From Utricularia gibba (taxonomy: Eukaryota; Plantae; Magnoliophyta): DNA of 64,000 nt. The notes under the pieces were generated by a model. The model was given only the letters and a program-made list of their open reading frames with translations, searched no databases and was not told the origin of the DNA. Of this stretch, positions 60,331 through 64,000 are shown piece after piece. Both the position numbers and the translations under genes were made by a program. Every line of letters begins with the position of its first letter. The first letter of the stretch is position 1. The stretch is from NCBI GenBank assembly GCA_002189035.1, contig NEEC01000007.1, forward strand, positions 2,914,001-2,978,000. Direction: 5' to 3'.

Positions 60331-61048
60331 GTTTCAAAGAAATAGGAAAACAACAGTATTCAAGTTAAAAAAAATTATTACAATCAAAATATAAGTATAA
60401 GATATTTGCTCAGAAGCAAAGTTTTAAACTTACTATGTTGAAAGAGAATAAGATCGAAGATGGCGAGTAAAATGGTTATGGTGACAGCTATCACAAACCC
60501 CAACCCCAAGTTCACATGGGGACAGTATGCGCTTGTTAACCCTAGCAATGATATGGTGGAAGTGGGCGATGGAAGCAGCGAGACCTAGCGTGTAGCCACG
60601 TAAATGACCTATATTCCCCAAAGTCCAATTACCAATTTACCATTGCTTTTGATTAATATAATATTAATAACATATTAAAAAATCTTGTTTCCATTCTGAT
60701 CAAGTTGTGGGACCCACCGTCTCTTCCCAAATTTGATTCTCCTCCTAGTTATGAACATCATCTTTGCGGGGAAACCACATGTCTTCATACATGCCGAGCT
60801 CACGTGAAGACAAGACAACCGAGCGCAGCTTTTCATAATGTAAGGAAGTTAAGTCCCTAATCATAAGGTTCAATCTAACAATTGGTTGAATTCGTTTGTA
60901 GAATAATTTTTTTTTGAATTTAATAAATATGATTCCATTCAAATGAATTAAAATCTATTTTTTAAACATTCGAATTACGATTGCTTTGATTGTTTTGGGG
61001 GGACGTCCGGAGTCAAAGTCAACGACTAGTTGGGTTACCCGAGGGCTC

Positions 61049-61182
61049 CACGTGCCCAAATTCGAACGCCAGGAGAATAAAGTGTAAATAAATCAAGCGG
61101 AATTTGGTTTGTTTGTTAGGTATCCAGAGAGGCGTGGATGGGTAGCTAAGGGGCATTATGGTAAAACGGTGATTTGTTAGGT
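61049..61182. promoter_or_regulatory. G-box plus two MYB AC elements upstream of the MATE gene
   Basis: CACGTG at 61049-61054 (also 60801-60806); GTTAGGT (ACCTAAC on the minus strand) at 61115-61121 and 61176-61182. Confidence 0.4.
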
Positions 61183-61544
61183 AGCAGCGGGAGAGAGTGT
61201 GTGGCTGTGTGGGCGGGTAGATGAGGGGCATCATCGTCCAAACGCCTTCACAGCTGCCGATTTGGATTTTGCATTTAACCCGGAATCAGTCATCCTGCAA
61301 CTGATTGATTAGTACTGGGATTTAACGAAAGGTTAGTCTTTGGAGGCATTTTCGAAAACAGCATCTGGTTTGATAACGTGGGTCATTTTGTGTTTGTTTA
61401 CACACGTTGTTGGTATTGAAGTAGGTGTCGGGAGGAGGAGCCAACGAGGAATGGTGTGCTTATAAATCAAACTCATTTGTAGGGTTTGAAAAATCATTTC
61501 TCAGTCCTGACCCAGGCCTTCGCCTAGTTGCAACTGCGGTGATA

Positions 61545-64000
61545 ATGGACGGCGACGCCGCGGAAGCGCTTCTGCAGAAGCAGCATAAGGGAAGTAGAGG
61601 TGTGGTTTTTGCAAAAGACTTTGGCGCAGAGTCGCGGCGCCTCTGGTTGATTTCTGGGCCGGCGATTTTTACTTACATCTGCCAGTACTCCTTGGGGGCG
61701 TTAACTCAAACCTTCGCCGGTCAGATCGGTGAGCTCGATCTCGCAGCGGTTTCTGTCGAGAACTCTGTTATTGGTGGTTTGGTGTTTGGGGCCATGGTAA
61801 AGACTAAAAATCTCGTCTTTAGCTTCTTTCCTGTGCCTTTGTTGATTTGAATTTTGAAGCTCTATTAAAAAGTTTAAAGTTGATTTAGATGGACTGGAGT
61901 AAGGAGTCCCTTTCTTTTTTTTTTTTTCTGGAAAGTGCTTGCACTGTAGCTCCTTACACATAGGAGAGTCGAAAGTGTTCCTTTTAATTGACGTTGCTTT
62001 TTCCTTGTCAGATGATGGGTCTACATAATTCATGTGAAGTGGCTTCCTTGTTTTTTTTTTTTTACATGCTTATATACTTCACTCAACTTGGCAAACAATA
62101 TGTAAGAATTGCAGTTTCTTCTTTTTTGGCTAGATATGCTGTCATCTGCAAACTTTTGTAATGCAAAGTTCTTGTCTTTTTCCATCAACCAAGTGCTTTT
62201 CAAATTGATAATAAAAATTTCATGTTTTGGCTGGTTTCTTACAATTCTGCAGTTGGGAATGGGAAGTGCACTGGAAACATTGTGTGGGCAAGCATATGGC
62301 GCGGGGCAGATAAGAATGTTGGGTATATATATGCAGAGATCATGGGTTATCTTGCTGGTTACATGCCTATTTTTGCTTCCGATATATGTGTTTGCCCCTC
62401 CGATACTCTCGTTTTTCGGGGAATCTGATGAGATATCACGAGCTGCTGGTGAGTAAACATGATAACTTGTAAACTTTACCATAGTTAAAATACTCCTGAT
62501 CATAATGGTGATGCATTTGCAGGTAAATTCGCCCTTTACATGATACCTCAAATGTTTGCATATGCTTTGAACTTTCCCATTCAGAAGTTCTTGCAATCAC
62601 AGAGGAAGCTCATGGCAATGGCTTGGATTTCCCTAGCCGTGCTCATTATCCACATATTCTTCAGCTGGTTGCTTATATTGCGACTTCACTGGGGTTTAAT
62701 CGGTGCAGCGATTACGCTTAATGGATCATGGTTTCTCATTGTCCTCTTCCAGCTAATTTACATATTCTACACCAAGTCAGATGGTGCCTGGAATGGATTC
62801 TCATGGTTGGCATTCCATGATCTGTGGAGCTTCATTAAACTTTCCTTGGCCTCTGCTGTAATGCTTTGGTAAGATCAAGGCCATGATTTCTTCAGTTTCA
62901 TCACCGAGATATGTCTTATAACTTGACAAAATGGCCATGATTGCAGCTTAGAGTTCTGGTACTTGATGGTAATAGTTGTAATTGCTGGCCATCTGGATAA
63001 TCCTGTCATCCCAGTTGATGCCATTTCCATCTGGTATGGTATCCTCCATACTTTTTTCAGTTGCATGCAGTTTTCTCATCACATTAGCAAGCAACCCAAC
63101 TCTGCTACTTTTTTGCAGCATGAACATCAATGGATGGGCTGCAATGATTTCCATTGGATTCAATGCTGCTATAAGGTGAAATTCTACAAACTCTTCTACG
63201 ATGGTGTTCCGGTCTTACTTCCAGCCAACGTTTCCTTGATTGTTTCATGCAAGTCAAATGACTGTCTCCCATCTACAGTGTGCGGGTGGGAAATGAACTG
63301 GGAGCAGGTAATGCAAGAGCTGCAAAGTTCGCCGTGCTGGTAGTTTCCATAACTACCATGCTGATCGCCGTGCTGTGCACCGCGCTCGTGGCCGGAACAA
63401 GGGAGTCATTCCCTTACCTTTTCACGAACAGCGATGCCGTGGCAGCAGAGACGACACGACTGGCTTATCTTCTGGCGATCACAATTCTCATCAACGGGCT
63501 TCAGCCTGTGTTATCAGGTATGCATTTCTTTCTCTTGTCGCAGAGTCCTTGAACCAGAAACCCTAATCATGAGCCGTTGACTGTCTCAGGAGTTGCTGTG
63601 GGAGCCGGCTGGCAGGCCGTCGTCGCGTACATCAACATTGGATGCTACTACGCGTTTGGTCTTCCCCTTGGCATTGTCCTTGGATTCGTCGTGAAGTTCG
63701 GGGCAGAGGTGAACCGTTGAAAAGCAGTGCCCTGAATATCAGGAGAAAACATCTCATTCTACGTGTCTTCTCCGTGCAGGGCATTTGGGGCGGAATGATC
63801 GGAGGAGTTGCGCTGCAGACGGTGATCTTGATCACAATCGTTGCGACCCGAAACTGGACAAAAGAAGTTGGTTCTTCCTTTCCACTGTTCGATCAGCGTT
63901 TCACAATGGATATTTGCCGGCGCAGCTCACTGTTTCCTTTGAAATATGCAGGCGCAGGAGGCGGAGAGCCGCGTAAAGAAATGGGGAGGAGCCATTGCAG
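61545..64000 (+). CDS. MATE efflux transporter (DETOXIFICATION, DTX33/35-like), truncated by the window end
   Basis: [28 protein letters not shown] / [19 protein letters not shown] / [10 protein letters not shown] / [15 protein letters not shown] / [16 protein letters not shown] / [14 protein letters not shown] / GIWGGM, with all 9 visible exons in phase. Confidence 0.94.

Noticed and set aside
60460-60588. 42-codon small ORF (MASKMVMVTAIT...) upstream of the MATE gene
   Set aside because: No recognisable peptide-family motif; adjacent to the hAT remnant, so probably chance.

Overview
Eudicot plant nuclear DNA with spliceosomal introns; the ORF track mostly shows single exons, so gene coordinates below are spans I spliced by eye, and family names are recalled from known plant proteins, not database hits. 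There are 11 protein-coding genes: TMEM135-like, HPGT-type galactosyltransferase, LPEAT1, DeSI/PPPDE peptidase, JAC1-like auxilin, IRE4-like AGC kinase, an acidic MRC1/Claspin-like protein, a CML, an F-box/LRR/FBD protein, a small membrane protein, and a MATE/DTX transporter running off the end. There is also a decayed EXS-family pseudogene, an intron-containing RPS11 5' fragment and a truncated duplicate of the MRC1-like exon 1. The 3-16 kb block holds a hAT element and a three-level retroelement nest (Copia > Tat/Retand Gypsy derivative with an antisense ORF > Athila-like solo LTR), with target-site duplications at both nested insertions. The 50-61 kb block holds a second solo LTR plus hAT and Harbinger remnants. 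Five otherwise intact genes each carry a small frame slip in a short homopolymer run, most likely assembly error. No rRNA, tRNA or CRISPR array was recognised.
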